Source: Bradyrhizobium sp. (lineage in GTDB: Bacteria > Pseudomonadota > Alphaproteobacteria > Rhizobiales > Xanthobacteraceae). From it: 64,000 bases of DNA. This document shows positions 21,531-33,144 of this stretch, piece by piece (position 1 is the stretch's first letter; every line of letters begins with the position of its first letter). Position numbers and translations under genes: made by a program. Where the stretch lies: contig JBDTKZ010000012.1 of assembly GCA_039935075.1 (NCBI GenBank), positions 583-64,582 of the forward strand, read 5' to 3'. The notes beneath the pieces are model-generated. The model had not been told where the DNA came from and made no database searches. It saw only the letters and a list, made by a program, of their open reading frames with translations.

Positions 21531-22351
21531 CTTGGCAACGCCGAACCGCTGGCACGGCCGAGCACCGCCATCATGTCGGCGCGCAGCCGGGCCGCATCTT
21601 GGGCACAGAAGCGGGCCATTGCAAATCCATTCCATGCGGAGATTCCAACCTCGCCACCGAAGCTTTCGGACAGCGTCCGGATACGCTCGACCAGCGCTTC
21701 ATCGCCTGGCACGATCAAGGCGGTGCCGATCGCGACGCCACCCTTCGCGATCGCCGGACTTGCGAGCTTCGCACCGATGTCGCCGTCGAGCCGGATGGTT
21801 TCGGCGAACACCAGCCTACCGCCGCGCCGGATCCGCCAGCGGTCGACAAACTCGCCCCGCAGCATCCGCTCACCCATCGCGGCGCGGCCGAACACCACGA
21901 TCTCGCACAACAGAAGCGATGCGCTCTCCGCCAGATCGATATCGATCTGCCGCGACACCCGGGCGCGATCGAACAGGATGGTCTCCTGCGGCAGCCAGCC
22001 GAGATGCGAGCCCGCAGCGGCCTTCAGGGAAATATTGAGTTGCGCGGGAGTGCTTGCGGCCCGGTAGATTTTTTCCGCCGCCGCCGTCGTCAAGGTCAGG
22101 CGGGCGCCCTCGCCGGCTGCGATATCGATATCGAAACGATCGCCGCCGGCGACGCCGCATGCCGTGTTCACGAACACGGCCGACAGGCCTTCGGCCTCGG
22201 GCGACGGAAAACGAACCCGCAGCGAGCCGGATTCATGCAGCTGCCGGCGACGGGTGACGCCTTCGACAAGATGAACATCGAACGTCACCGAGCCCCGGGC
22301 CCGGTTGGCCGCGAAGATCGCCGAGGCCGCGCGTGTGGTATCGGTCTGCAT
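21515..22351 (-). CDS. ureD: Urease accessory protein UreD
   Basis: GGDRF, TTAAAEKIYR, WLPQETILF, LPRLW. Confidence 0.95.
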   Translation of the reverse strand: MQTDTTRAASAIFAANRARGSVTFDVHLVEGVTRRRQLHESGSLRVRFPSPEAEGLSAVFVNTACGVAGGDRFDIDIAAGEGARLTLTTAAAEKIYRAASTPAQLNISLKAAAGSHLGWLPQETILFDRARVSRQIDIDLAESASLLLCEIVVFGRAAMGERMLRGEFVDRWRIRRGGRLVFAETIRLDGDIGAKLASPAIAKGGVAIGTALIVPGDEALVERIRTLSESFGGEVGISAWNGFAMARFCAQDAARLRADMMAVLGRASGSALPRLWLN

Positions 22352-22384
22352 CCGGCCCCAAACCCCAAGCGTCGTAACCGTTAA

Positions 22385-23080
22385 CTAAAGCGCCATCTGG
22401 CTGCTGATTTCGGCGGGATCGAGGTTCGAGCGGTCGCAGGCATATTTCACCGCGCCCCGGTCCATCACCGCGAAACTGTCGCCGAGCTCACAGGCAAAGT
22501 CGAGATATTGTTCGACCAGCACGATCGCCATATTGCCGAGGCCACGCAGATACGAGATCGCCCGCCCGATATCCTTGATGATCGACGGCTGGATACCCTC
22601 GGTCGGCTCGTCCAGCAGCAGCAGTTTCGGCCGCATCACCAGCGCGCGGCCGATCGCGAGCTGCTGTTGCTGGCCGCCGGAGAGATCGCCGCCCCGCCGC
22701 CCCAGCATCGAGTTCAGCACCGGAAACAGCGAGAACACGTCATCGGGAATATTGCGGTCCTCGCGCTTCAACGGGCCAAAGCCGGTCTTGAGGTTCTCCT
22801 CCACCGTCAGCAGCGGAAAGATTTCACGACCTTGCGGCACGAAGCCGATGCCTCTTCGAGCGCGCTCATAGGGCTTCAGGGTGGTGAGGTCGGCGCCGTC
22901 GAATTCGATCGAGCCCGAAGAGATCGGGTATTGGCCAACCATGGCACGCAACAGCGAGGTCTTGCCGACGCCGTTACGGCCCAGCACACACATCACCTTG
23001 CCGGGCTCCGCCTGCAGCGAGACGCCGCGCAACGCCTGCGCCGCGCCGTAATAGAGGTTGATGTTGTCGACCTTGAGCAT
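22385..23080 (-). CDS. urtE: Urea ABC transporter ATPase UrtE
   Basis: GRNGVGKT, LSGGQQQQ, DEPTEGIQPS. Confidence 0.93.
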   Translation of the reverse strand: MLKVDNINLYYGAAQALRGVSLQAEPGKVMCVLGRNGVGKTSLLRAMVGQYPISSGSIEFDGADLTTLKPYERARRGIGFVPQGREIFPLLTVEENLKTGFGPLKREDRNIPDDVFSLFPVLNSMLGRRGGDLSGGQQQQLAIGRALVMRPKLLLLDEPTEGIQPSIIKDIGRAISYLRGLGNMAIVLVEQYLDFACELGDSFAVMDRGAVKYACDRSNLDPAEISSQMAL

Positions 23081-23083
23081 GGA

Positions 23084-23845
23084 TCACCGCCCCAAATATA
23101 CTTCGACGACACGATCGTTGGTCGAAACCTGATCGATAGTCCCCTCGGCCAGCACGGCGCCTTCATGCAGGCACGTCACCTTGACACCGAGCTCGCGCAC
23201 GAAGGTCATGTCGTGCTCGACCACCATGATGGTCTTTTCCTTGTTGATTTCCTTTAGCAGCTCGGCGGTCTGATGGGTCTCGACGTCGGTCATCCCGGCA
23301 ACGGGTTCATCGACCAGCAACAGCTTCGGATCCTGCGCCAGCAGCATGCCGATCTCCAGCCACTGCTTCTGGCCGTGCGACAGGCTTCCCGCCAGACGAT
23401 TGCGCGCGTCCTTCAAACGGATGGTCTCGAGCACGCGTTCGATGCGCTCGGATTCTGCCCTGGTCTCACGCCAGAACAGCGTGCCCTTGACCCGGTGATC
23501 GATATTGAGCGCGAGCAGCAGATTGTCCTCGATGGTCTGGCTCTCGAACACCGTCGGCTTCTGGAATTTCCGGCCGATCCCGAGTTCGGCAATTCGTGTC
23601 TCGTCGAGTCGGGTCAGATCGGTGACGCCGTCGAACAGCACCGTGCCCTCGTCCGGCTTGGTCTTGCCGGTGATGATATCCATCATCGTGGTCTTGCCGG
23701 CGCCGTTCGGGCCGATGATGGCGCGCATCTCGCCAGGCGCCAGCGCCAGCGACAGATTGTTGATGGCGTGAAAGCCGTCGAACGAGACATGCACGCCGTC
23801 GAGATAGAGCAGCGCCGATGTCGCCCGTGAATCCATCACGTTCAT
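23084..23845 (-). CDS. urtD: Urea ABC transporter ATPase UrtD
   Basis: GPNGAGKT, GRKFQKP, LSHGQKQWLEIGM. Confidence 0.93.
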   Translation of the reverse strand: MNVMDSRATSALLYLDGVHVSFDGFHAINNLSLALAPGEMRAIIGPNGAGKTTMMDIITGKTKPDEGTVLFDGVTDLTRLDETRIAELGIGRKFQKPTVFESQTIEDNLLLALNIDHRVKGTLFWRETRAESERIERVLETIRLKDARNRLAGSLSHGQKQWLEIGMLLAQDPKLLLVDEPVAGMTDVETHQTAELLKEINKEKTIMVVEHDMTFVRELGVKVTCLHEGAVLAEGTIDQVSTNDRVVEVYLGR

Positions 23846-23849
23846 GCGC

Positions 23850-25019
23850 TCACTCCGCCATCTTCGGTTCGCTGACGCCGTCTTCGCGCGCGGCGCTCTC
23901 GGTATTTTCCGAAAGGCGCTTTGCCTTGCGTGGCTCCCACCAGGCGTTAAAAGTGCCGATGATCCCCTTTGGCAGCAGCAGCGTCACCAGGATGAACAGC
24001 GCACCCAGCATGAACAGCCAATACGGCGCCAGCGGACCCGAAGTGAACACGGTTTTCGCGTAATTGACCACGATGGCGCCGAGTGCTGCCCCAATCAGCG
24101 TGCCGCGGCCGCCGACCGCGACCCAGATCACCGCCTCGATGGAATTGCCCGGTGCGAATTCGCCGGGATTGATGATGCCGACCTGCGGCACATAGAGCGC
24201 GCCGGCGACGCCGGCCATGCAGGCCGAGAGCGTGAACACGAACAGCTTGTAGGATTCGACGCGATAACCCAGAAATCGCGTGCGGGATTCGGCATCTCGT
24301 ATCGCGATCAGCACCTTGCCGAGTTTCGACGTCACCACCGCACGGCAGATCAGGAAGCCGATGATCAGTCCGAGGCAGCTCAGCATGAACAACGCGGCGC
24401 GGGTGCCTTCAGCCTGCACGTTGAAGCCGAGGATGTCCTTGAAATCAGTCAGGCCGTTATTGCCGCCGAACCCGAAATCGTTACGGAAGAAGGCCAGCAG
24501 CAACGCATAGGTCATGGCTTGCGTGATGATCGACAGATAGACGCCGGTGACGCGCGAGCGGAACGCCAACCAGCCGAAACAGAAGGCCAACAGGCCCGGC
24601 GCCACGATGACGATCAGCGCGGCGAACCAGAACATATCGAAGCCGTGCCAGTACCAGGGCAGTTTCGGATAATTCAGGAACACCATGAAATCGGGCAGGA
24701 TTGGATTGCCGTAAACGCCGCGGCTGCCGATCTGACGCATCAGATACATGCCCATCGCGTAGCCGCCGAGCGCGAAGAACGCGCCATGGCCGAGCGAGAG
24801 GATGCCGCAATAACCCCAGATCAAATCGATCGACAGCGCCAGGATCGCGTAGCAGACATATTTGCCGAACAGCGCCACCAGATAGGTCGGCACCTGAAAT
24901 ACCGAGCCAACCGGCAGCAGCAGGTTCGACAGCGGAATCAGCACGCCGCAGGCGGCCACCACCAGCAGGAAGACGGTCGCGCTGCGATCGAGCGAGCGCG
25001 TCAGCACATGCGGCATCAT
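23850..25019 (-). CDS. urtC: Urea ABC transporter permease UrtC
   Basis: DLIWGYCGILSLGHG, LPDFM, GGNNGLTDF. Confidence 0.93.
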   Translation of the reverse strand: MMPHVLTRSLDRSATVFLLVVAACGVLIPLSNLLLPVGSVFQVPTYLVALFGKYVCYAILALSIDLIWGYCGILSLGHGAFFALGGYAMGMYLMRQIGSRGVYGNPILPDFMVFLNYPKLPWYWHGFDMFWFAALIVIVAPGLLAFCFGWLAFRSRVTGVYLSIITQAMTYALLLAFFRNDFGFGGNNGLTDFKDILGFNVQAEGTRAALFMLSCLGLIIGFLICRAVVTSKLGKVLIAIRDAESRTRFLGYRVESYKLFVFTLSACMAGVAGALYVPQVGIINPGEFAPGNSIEAVIWVAVGGRGTLIGAALGAIVVNYAKTVFTSGPLAPYWLFMLGALFILVTLLLPKGIIGTFNAWWEPRKAKRLSENTESAAREDGVSEPKMAE

Positions 25020-26629
25020 GCTTCCACCGCTCGGCCCTTGAGCGCGAACAGGCCGCGCGGTCGCTTCTGGATAAACAGAATGATGAGCACCAGAATGGCG
25101 ATCTTGCCGAGCACCGCGCCCGCCACCGGCTCCAGGAACTTGTTGGCGATGCCGAGCGTGAATGCACCGACCAGCGTGCCCCAGAGATTGCCGACGCCAC
25201 CGAACACCACCACCATGAAGGAGTCGATGATGTAGCTCTGCCCGAGATTGGGGCTGACATTGTCGATCTGCGACAATGCCACGCCGGCAATCCCGGCGAT
25301 GCCCGAGCCGAGACCGAAGGTCAGCGCATCGACGCGGGAGGTCGCAATCCCCATCGAAGCCGCCATCCGGCGGTTCTGCGTCACCGCGCGCATCTCAAGC
25401 CCCAACGCCGTGTAGCGCAGCATCGCCAGCAGGATCGCAAACACCGCCATCGTGAAGCAGAGGATCCACAGCCGGTTATACGTGATCGAGATCTGCCCGA
25501 GCTGGAATGCACCGCTCATCCAGGAGGGGTTGCCGACTTCCTGGTTGGTCGGACCGAACATGGTACGCACGGCCTGCTGCAGCACCAGCGACAGGCCCCA
25601 GGTCGCCAGCAGGGTTTCCAGCGGACGGCCATAAAGGAAGCGGATGATGGTTCGCTCGATCAGGACGCCGATGGCGCCGGCAACGATGAAGGCCAACGGC
25701 ACCGCGAACACCAGCGAATAATCGAACAGACCGGGATAGCTGGTGCGGATGGTCTGCTGCACCACGAAGGTGACGTAAGCGCCGATCATCACCATCTCGC
25801 CATGCGCCATGTTGATGACCCCCATCACGCCGAAGGTGATGGCAAGCCCAATGGCCGCCAGCAGCAGGACCGAGCCCAGCGAGAGGCCGTACCAGGCATT
25901 CTGCACCACGGACCAGAGCGCGAGCCTTTGCTGGATCGCCGATACCGCAGCACTTGCGCCGCGCGTGACCGCCGGTGGCGCATCCGACGGCACGTCGGTC
26001 AGCATCGCCAACGCCTCCTGGTCGGCGCGCCCCCTGACGGTCGCGATCGCCTCGAGCTTCTGCTGCTCGGTGGCGTCATCCTTGAACAACAGGATCGCCG
26101 CGCGGGCTTCGACAAAGGCCTGCCTGGCCGCCTTGTTGGTCTCTTTCTGCAACGCGCCATCGATCAATGGCAGCATGGTCTCGTCGTGGGTCTTGTAGAC
26201 CGACTGCGCGGCCTGGATACGTTTCTCAGGGTCGGGCGACGATAGCGTCAGGCCGCCAAGGGCGGCTTCGACGGCGCGGCGCAAATGATTGTTGAGGCGA
26301 ACGGCCGCCGCGCTGTCGGGAACGCTAGCGACAGGCGCGCCGGTTTCGGCGTCGATCGACTTGCCGTCCGGCTGCGTGACATAAACTTTCTTGCTGTCGG
26401 GATCGGCCATCAGGCGGCCGTCCTGCAGCGCGCTGATGATCGTAAAAGCCAGTGGATTGCCAGATGTTGCCACCGTGCCGACGGCCTCTTCGCTGTCGGA
26501 ATAATCGTCGTTGGCGAATTTACCGACGGCGTCCTCGAACGGTCCGGCCATCACCGGCAACACCATCGCGAAGATCATCAAGAGCGCAAACGGCAGCGCT
26601 CGAATTTTTTTAAGCGTATTGGCAAGCAC
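25016..26629 (-). CDS. urtB: Urea ABC transporter permease UrtB
   Basis: Periplasmic N-terminal domain; GVINMAHGE, GRPLETLLATWG. Confidence 0.93.
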   Translation of the reverse strand: MLANTLKKIRALPFALLMIFAMVLPVMAGPFEDAVGKFANDDYSDSEEAVGTVATSGNPLAFTIISALQDGRLMADPDSKKVYVTQPDGKSIDAETGAPVASVPDSAAAVRLNNHLRRAVEAALGGLTLSSPDPEKRIQAAQSVYKTHDETMLPLIDGALQKETNKAARQAFVEARAAILLFKDDATEQQKLEAIATVRGRADQEALAMLTDVPSDAPPAVTRGASAAVSAIQQRLALWSVVQNAWYGLSLGSVLLLAAIGLAITFGVMGVINMAHGEMVMIGAYVTFVVQQTIRTSYPGLFDYSLVFAVPLAFIVAGAIGVLIERTIIRFLYGRPLETLLATWGLSLVLQQAVRTMFGPTNQEVGNPSWMSGAFQLGQISITYNRLWILCFTMAVFAILLAMLRYTALGLEMRAVTQNRRMAASMGIATSRVDALTFGLGSGIAGIAGVALSQIDNVSPNLGQSYIIDSFMVVVFGGVGNLWGTLVGAFTLGIANKFLEPVAGAVLGKIAILVLIILFIQKRPRGLFALKGRAVEA

Positions 26630-26651
26630 TGGACAACCCCGGCAGAGGCAG

Positions 26652-26682
26652 AGGGAAGGCGGCGGGTATCGCCGCCTTCCTT
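26652..26682. other. Intercistronic hairpin between urtA and urtB
   Basis: AGGGAAGGCGGCG-GGTAT-CGCCGCCTTCCTT; such hairpins commonly stabilise the binding-protein mRNA. Confidence 0.6.
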
Positions 26683-26722
26683 TATTCGTTGGTATTCAGC
26701 TTCGCTGGTACTCAGGATCGGA

Positions 26723-28045
26723 TCAGGAACCCTGACCGCCGCACTTGTTGGTCTTGGTGTTGTAGTTGCCGCACTTCTTGCCGACCCAATCGCCGATCAG
26801 GTCCCTGGAATCGGGCAGCTCCTTCGACCAGGCGTCGCCGGCAACCAGGCCCGGCGTCTTCCAGACCACGTCGAACTGACCATTGCCTTTGATTTCGCCG
26901 ATGAACACCGGCTTGGTGATGTGGTGGTTCGGAAGCAACTTGGACACGCCACCGGTGAGGTTGGCGGTTTCGGTGCCCGGCAGCGCGTCGATCACCTTGT
27001 CGGCGTCAACCGACTTGGCCTTCTCGACCGCCTTCACCCACATGTTGAAGCCGATATAGGTGGCTTCCATCGGATCGTTGGTGGTGCGCTTCGGGTTCTT
27101 GGTGTAGGCCTGCCAATCCTTGATGAACTTCTCGTTCGCCGGCGTCTTGATCGACTCGAAGTAGTTCCAGGCAGCGAGATGGCCGATCAGCGGCTTGGTA
27201 TCGATGCCGGCGAGTTCTTCTTCGCCCACCGAGAACGCGACCACCGGAATGTCGGTCGCCTTGACGCCCTGGTTGCCCAGTTCCTTGTAGAAGGGAACGT
27301 TGGCGTCGCCGTTGATGGTCGAAACGACGGCGGTCTTCTTGCCGGCCGAGCCGAATTTCTTGATGTCGGCGACGATCGTCTGCCAATCGGAATGACCGAA
27401 CGGCGTGTAGTTGATCATGATGTCTTCATCCTTGACGCCCTTCGACTTCAGATAGGCTTCGAGGATCTTGTTGGTGGTGCGCGGATAAACGTAGTCGGTG
27501 CCGGCCAGCACCCAGCGCTTCACCTTTTCGTCCTTCATCAGATAGTCGACCGCGGGGATCGCCTGCTGGTTCGGCGCCGCCCCCGTGTAGAACACGTTGC
27601 GCTCGCTCTCTTCGCCTTCGTACTGCACCGGATAGAACAGGATCGAGTTCAGTTCCTTGAACACCGGCAGCACGGATTTGCGCGACACCGAGGTCCAGCA
27701 GCCGAACACCACCGAAACCTTGTCCTTGGTGATCAACTCGCGGGCTTTTTCGGCGAACAACGGCCAGTTCGATGCGGGGTCGACGACCACGGCCTCGAGC
27801 TTCTTGCCGAGAACGCCGCCCTTCTTGTTCTGCTCATCGATCATGAACAGCACGGTGTCCTTCAGCGTGGTTTCGCTGATCGCCATGGTGCCCGAGAGCG
27901 AGTGCAGAACACCAACCTTGATGGTGTCATCCGCCGCCTTGGCCGAGCCAAACGCGGACAGGCCTAAAATCAGTCCGGCAGTCGCTGCCAGCCAGCGACG
28001 ACGGCTGAGAGGCGTCGCTATTTCGTGAGTCAATTTGGTAAGCAT
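26723..28045 (-). CDS. urtA: Urea ABC transporter substrate-binding protein UrtA
   Basis: VGVLHSLSGTMAISE, GCWTSVSRK, YPVQYEGEE, GTDYVYPR. Confidence 0.95.
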   Translation of the reverse strand: MLTKLTHEIATPLSRRRWLAATAGLILGLSAFGSAKAADDTIKVGVLHSLSGTMAISETTLKDTVLFMIDEQNKKGGVLGKKLEAVVVDPASNWPLFAEKARELITKDKVSVVFGCWTSVSRKSVLPVFKELNSILFYPVQYEGEESERNVFYTGAAPNQQAIPAVDYLMKDEKVKRWVLAGTDYVYPRTTNKILEAYLKSKGVKDEDIMINYTPFGHSDWQTIVADIKKFGSAGKKTAVVSTINGDANVPFYKELGNQGVKATDIPVVAFSVGEEELAGIDTKPLIGHLAAWNYFESIKTPANEKFIKDWQAYTKNPKRTTNDPMEATYIGFNMWVKAVEKAKSVDADKVIDALPGTETANLTGGVSKLLPNHHITKPVFIGEIKGNGQFDVVWKTPGLVAGDAWSKELPDSRDLIGDWVGKKCGNYNTKTNKCGGQGS

Positions 28046-28116
28046 GAGGTGTCATCTCCCTGACGCAGACGTTGAAACGCTGCCACGGCCCCACGGCCGC
28101 CTGCGTTAACGGAATC

Positions 28117-28131
28117 GCAAGAAGCGTGCCA
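28117..28131 (-). promoter_or_regulatory. Sigma54 (-24/-12) promoter of the urt-ure operon
   Basis: Minus strand TGGCAC-GCTTC-TTGC, with an AT-rich tract upstream. Confidence 0.85.
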
Positions 28132-28591
28132 CGCTGCGGAGATGATGTAAGTATATGCAATAGCTATAAAATTTCATCTCATGCCGTAAATCGGCCAATA
28201 TTTCTGCCTAATATTTAGACCGGAAAATTGGTTGCTTGATTAGCAGCCTGTATAATTTATAAGCAAACATGACGGTCTGTATAAATTTTTGGCAAAGCTG
28301 TTTTGCCGGCCCGGGCGTCGTATCAGGCGCGTACTTGGTTCCGATTTGCCAAGTTCCTTAACCGCGCCAGAGCGTCAGAGCACAATTCACCTTGAAAGCG
28401 CCGCGTTCGTGTTCCATATCACTGGGACGACCCAGGGAATCACCGGGTCATCGCGAGCCGCGTGTTCTGAGCCCGTCCAACGGTTTCTGGCTTGCCCCTT
28501 CAGCTAACCAAAACCGACGCCCCAAACACGCGGGTGTCTCAGACACCCTCGCGCGCTCCTGGCTGAGATAGCCGGGCGCCTGCCTTTTATA

Positions 28592-30073
<1,482 letters not shown>

Positions 30074-30097
30074 CCGCCGATCGATCTGGAGATAACC

Positions 30098-30379
30098 ATG
30101 GCTAAAGAAGAGCTGATCCAGTTCGAAGGACTGGTCACCGAAATCCTCCCCGACGCACGTTACCGCGTGCAACTCGATGCCGGCCACGAGATCGTCGCCT
30201 ACACCGCCGGCAAGATGAAAAAGAACCGGATCAAGACGCTGGCCGGTGACCGGGTGACGATCGAGATGTCACCTTACGACCTGGAGAAGGGCCGGCTCAT
30301 TTTCCGTCACAAGGACGAACGGCCGGGTGGCGGAGCGCCGCGTGGTGCACCGCCGCGTGGCCAGTTCCGGCGCCGGTAG
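30098..30379 (+). CDS. infA: Translation initiation factor IF-1 with RG-rich C-terminal extension
   Basis: [11 protein letters not shown]...[21 protein letters not shown]; GGAG RBS. Confidence 0.95.
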   Translation: MAKEELIQFEGLVTEILPDARYRVQLDAGHEIVAYTAGKMKKNRIKTLAGDRVTIEMSPYDLEKGRLIFRHKDERPGGGAPRGAPPRGQFRRR

Positions 30380-30660
30380 GCGTCCAACAAGGCTCTCCGA
30401 CATCGCGCTGACACGATCGTGTCGGCGCGGATCGGCGGGCTGTGCAGATGCGAAACGGGGCCGATCAAAAAATCGTGCACCTCAGGATTGTTTTGAAAGC
30501 CCGCTTCGCATAAGATATCCCCATCGATTTTCGGCCGGACGACATTAGCTATCCACCGGTACAGCCGGTTTAGACGCTGACGACCCTTCCAAAAATTCGA
30601 TCTCACCAGCCCATCAAAAGTGGGCTACTACTATATCTTTCTTGAGAAGGGACTACCCCC

Positions 30661-30873
30661 GTGAGCATGGGAACCGTGAAGTGGTTTAACGCAACCAAAG
30701 GCTTCGGCTTCATTCAGCCGGATGATGGCGGCAACGACGTGTTCGTGCACATCAGCGCCGTTGAGCGCGCCGGCCTTGGAACGCTGCGTGAAGGCCAGAA
30801 GATCTCCTACGAGATCGTGGCAGATCGCCGCTCTGGCAAGTCTTCGGCCGACAATCTTCGCGCCGCCGGCTGA
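30661..30873 (+). CDS. Cold-shock protein (CspA family)
   Basis: [23 protein letters not shown]. Confidence 0.96.
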   Translation: MSMGTVKWFNATKGFGFIQPDDGGNDVFVHISAVERAGLGTLREGQKISYEIVADRRSGKSSADNLRAAG

Positions 30874-30954
30874 GCGAATTTCGTTCGGTCCGGTTCGCGC
30901 ATGCGAAAGGACCACGACATTCATTTCGCGCCGAACAAGACCGCATCAAATAAG

Positions 30955-30983
30955 AAAGGCCGTGCTGCAAGCGCGGCCTTTTG
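30955..30983 (+). terminator. Terminator after csp
   Basis: AAAGGCCGTGC-TGCAA-GCGCGGCCTTTT. Confidence 0.75.
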
Positions 30984-31054
30984 TTTAGGTAATTGTTTGA
31001 GGCTGCTGTTTGAGCGGTGAGTTTAATCCGGCCACGATCGACGACCGAACGTGC

Positions 31055-31696
31055 TCAGGACGTCGGACATGGCGGAAGCGGACCCGACGACGGCGTCGGA
31101 TAGGTTACGCAGACGGTCTGGCGGGGTCGCGTGTAGGAGACGTCGCTCAGCGTGATACCTGCCTTTGCCATCACGTAGCCTACCGCGGGCGTGTAGAGAT
31201 AGCTGACTTCGCTGAAAATCAGATACTGGTTTGGCACGATATTGCCCGTTGAATCCTTCACGATGAGACCGCCCGGAATGGTTACCAAAGTGCCCGTGCC
31301 GCGGGGTACCGATCCCTTGCTCCATTGAACCCGCGCGTTGCCGGTCGATGGATCGATCCACAATTCAGTAATCGTGCCCTTGGTCGCATTATAGGTCGGG
31401 GGAACATACGGTGCCATAACCGCATTGCTCGCGGCGGAAAAATTGGTCAGATCAGAATCCGAGACCGAGATCGACCGCGACGTCAGATTCGACAACGTGA
31501 GCGCCATCAGCGAGACCTTGCGATCTGCCGCCACGCCGGAAGAAAACTCCACCGTTCCGAAAAAGAGCACCAGCATGACCGGGACGATCATGGCGAATTC
31601 GATCGCGGCGACACCGCGGCGATCCCTAAGCAGTTTGAGCACGAAAAGCCGGCCCCAACGCCACTTCCTCGTTAAGGATTTCAACGCTGGGCTCAT
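31055..31696 (-). CDS. TadE/TadG-family pseudopilin
   Basis: DRRG|VAAIEFA prepilin motif plus hydrophobic helix. Confidence 0.9.
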   Translation of the reverse strand: MSPALKSLTRKWRWGRLFVLKLLRDRRGVAAIEFAMIVPVMLVLFFGTVEFSSGVAADRKVSLMALTLSNLTSRSISVSDSDLTNFSAASNAVMAPYVPPTYNATKGTITELWIDPSTGNARVQWSKGSVPRGTGTLVTIPGGLIVKDSTGNIVPNQYLIFSEVSYLYTPAVGYVMAKAGITLSDVSYTRPRQTVCVTYPTPSSGPLPPCPTS

Positions 31697-32304
31697 CAGC
31701 AAGATCCGTTACTGTAGGGTTCGTTCTTGAACGCGGCCGTGGCGCTCAGCAACCGCGTGTTGCCCGACATGTTCGAAATATTATAGCCAAGTCCGGTGAC
31801 GTACAGCGGCCATTGATAGAACAGTCTCACGACGACGATGGCGCACGCGCCGCCCGGACTATACTGCATGTTGTTGATGAAAGTGCCGGAGCCGTCGATC
31901 TGGCTGTTGATGACCACGTTGCTGAATTGCGGATAGCTCTCGACGTCAACGAAGATGCCGTTGGGGCTGTTGCAATTGAACAGCCCCGGAATTTGGCTGC
32001 AGACGTAGTTCTTGAACGTCGCCTGCGTACAAGGCGCGGCCGCGCCGGACACCGGATCCGCGCAGACCGGCACCTGACCGGTTTGTGCCTGACCGGTCAT
32101 CAGCATGCGCGCGGAATCCTGGGTTATGGTTTCCAGCACCTGGCTGGCGAAGAACATCATGGCGGTTTCGATGATCGCAAACAGCAGCCCGAAAAACACC
32201 GGCGCCACCAGCGCGAATTCAACGGCCGCAGAAGCACTGCGGTTGCGGCGGAACCGGCGCAGCAAATTGCCGGAAGGGACGGATGGAGCTGCGGACGATG
32301 ACAT
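31696..32304 (-). CDS. TadE-family pseudopilin
   Basis: RNRSA|SAAVEFALVAP motif; C-terminal AFKNEPY. Confidence 0.9.
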   Translation of the reverse strand: MSSSAAPSVPSGNLLRRFRRNRSASAAVEFALVAPVFFGLLFAIIETAMMFFASQVLETITQDSARMLMTGQAQTGQVPVCADPVSGAAAPCTQATFKNYVCSQIPGLFNCNSPNGIFVDVESYPQFSNVVINSQIDGSGTFINNMQYSPGGACAIVVVRLFYQWPLYVTGLGYNISNMSGNTRLLSATAAFKNEPYSNGSC

Positions 32305-32404
32305 CGGAGAATCCTTGCAGCGGCGGTAAAAACTTGCGCACAAGGACTAGCTCAAACTGATTGTTGAAGTGTTTCGCCACACCGAAGCAGCCGGGCCCGC
32401 GAAA

Positions 32405-32420
32405 TTAAGCGAGCCTTAAC
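32405..32420. promoter_or_regulatory. CtrA box
   Basis: Perfect TTAA-GCGAGCC-TTAAC upstream of the tadE genes. Confidence 0.7.
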
Positions 32421-32509
32421 CATTTACGGATCTTCACCCGTGGGCGCCGATCGATTCGCATCGTGGGCCGGCTGGCGCCAGCGCGTTCGATCGGTGCGCT
32501 GCGCGGATC

Positions 32510-33013
32510 TTAGTTGGCCGGCTTGCTTGTCGCAGCACCGGTCGCCTGGCTTGAGAGCGAGCCGGCCTGATCCATCGCCGCCTTGAAATAACCGTCGCCA
32601 TCGCCAAGCGTGATCCGCTTTTGGCAAACCGGCATGCAGCTGTAGGATTCCCGATCGACCCCACGGTAGACCGTAACGACCTTGTCGGTCGGGCCCTCGA
32701 CCTGAATAACACGGTCCGACAGCACCTCGCCGGCGCGGTCCATCGCGATAAAATTGGTGGCGCCATAACCCTTGCCGGTCACAACGACGATGCCACCGCT
32801 CTGCAGCGTGACGTCGGCAATCAGCGGATTACCGACGACGATGGTCGCAACACGGGCAGGAAGTTTGACCAGCTTGGCCTGATCGACATTGACGTCGATG
32901 GCGTCGGGAGCCGGATCGGCGAGTGCCATGGCCGGCCACAGCAACGTTGCCGCGGCCAGCGCGCGGAAACCAGAAACCGCGCGAACGCGCGTACGCAAAC
33001 ACTTGAACGACAT
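32510..33013 (-). CDS. Pilus assembly N-terminal-domain (secretin N-like) protein
   Basis: VDQAKLV, IVVGNPLIADV, TGKGYGATN, SYSCMPVC. Confidence 0.85.
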   Translation of the reverse strand: MSFKCLRTRVRAVSGFRALAAATLLWPAMALADPAPDAIDVNVDQAKLVKLPARVATIVVGNPLIADVTLQSGGIVVVTGKGYGATNFIAMDRAGEVLSDRVIQVEGPTDKVVTVYRGVDRESYSCMPVCQKRITLGDGDGYFKAAMDQAGSLSSQATGAATSKPAN

Positions 33014-33144
33014 ACTGTACTCCGGGGCGTTGACTAGCCGGCAAAAGCGATACGCAGCGGAGCCGGCGCCCGACGCTGCAAATCTGCAGCTAATTAGTGA
33101 ATGAACTGCAAACGCGCCTGGGAAACCCAAGGCCGCTCCGGTGC

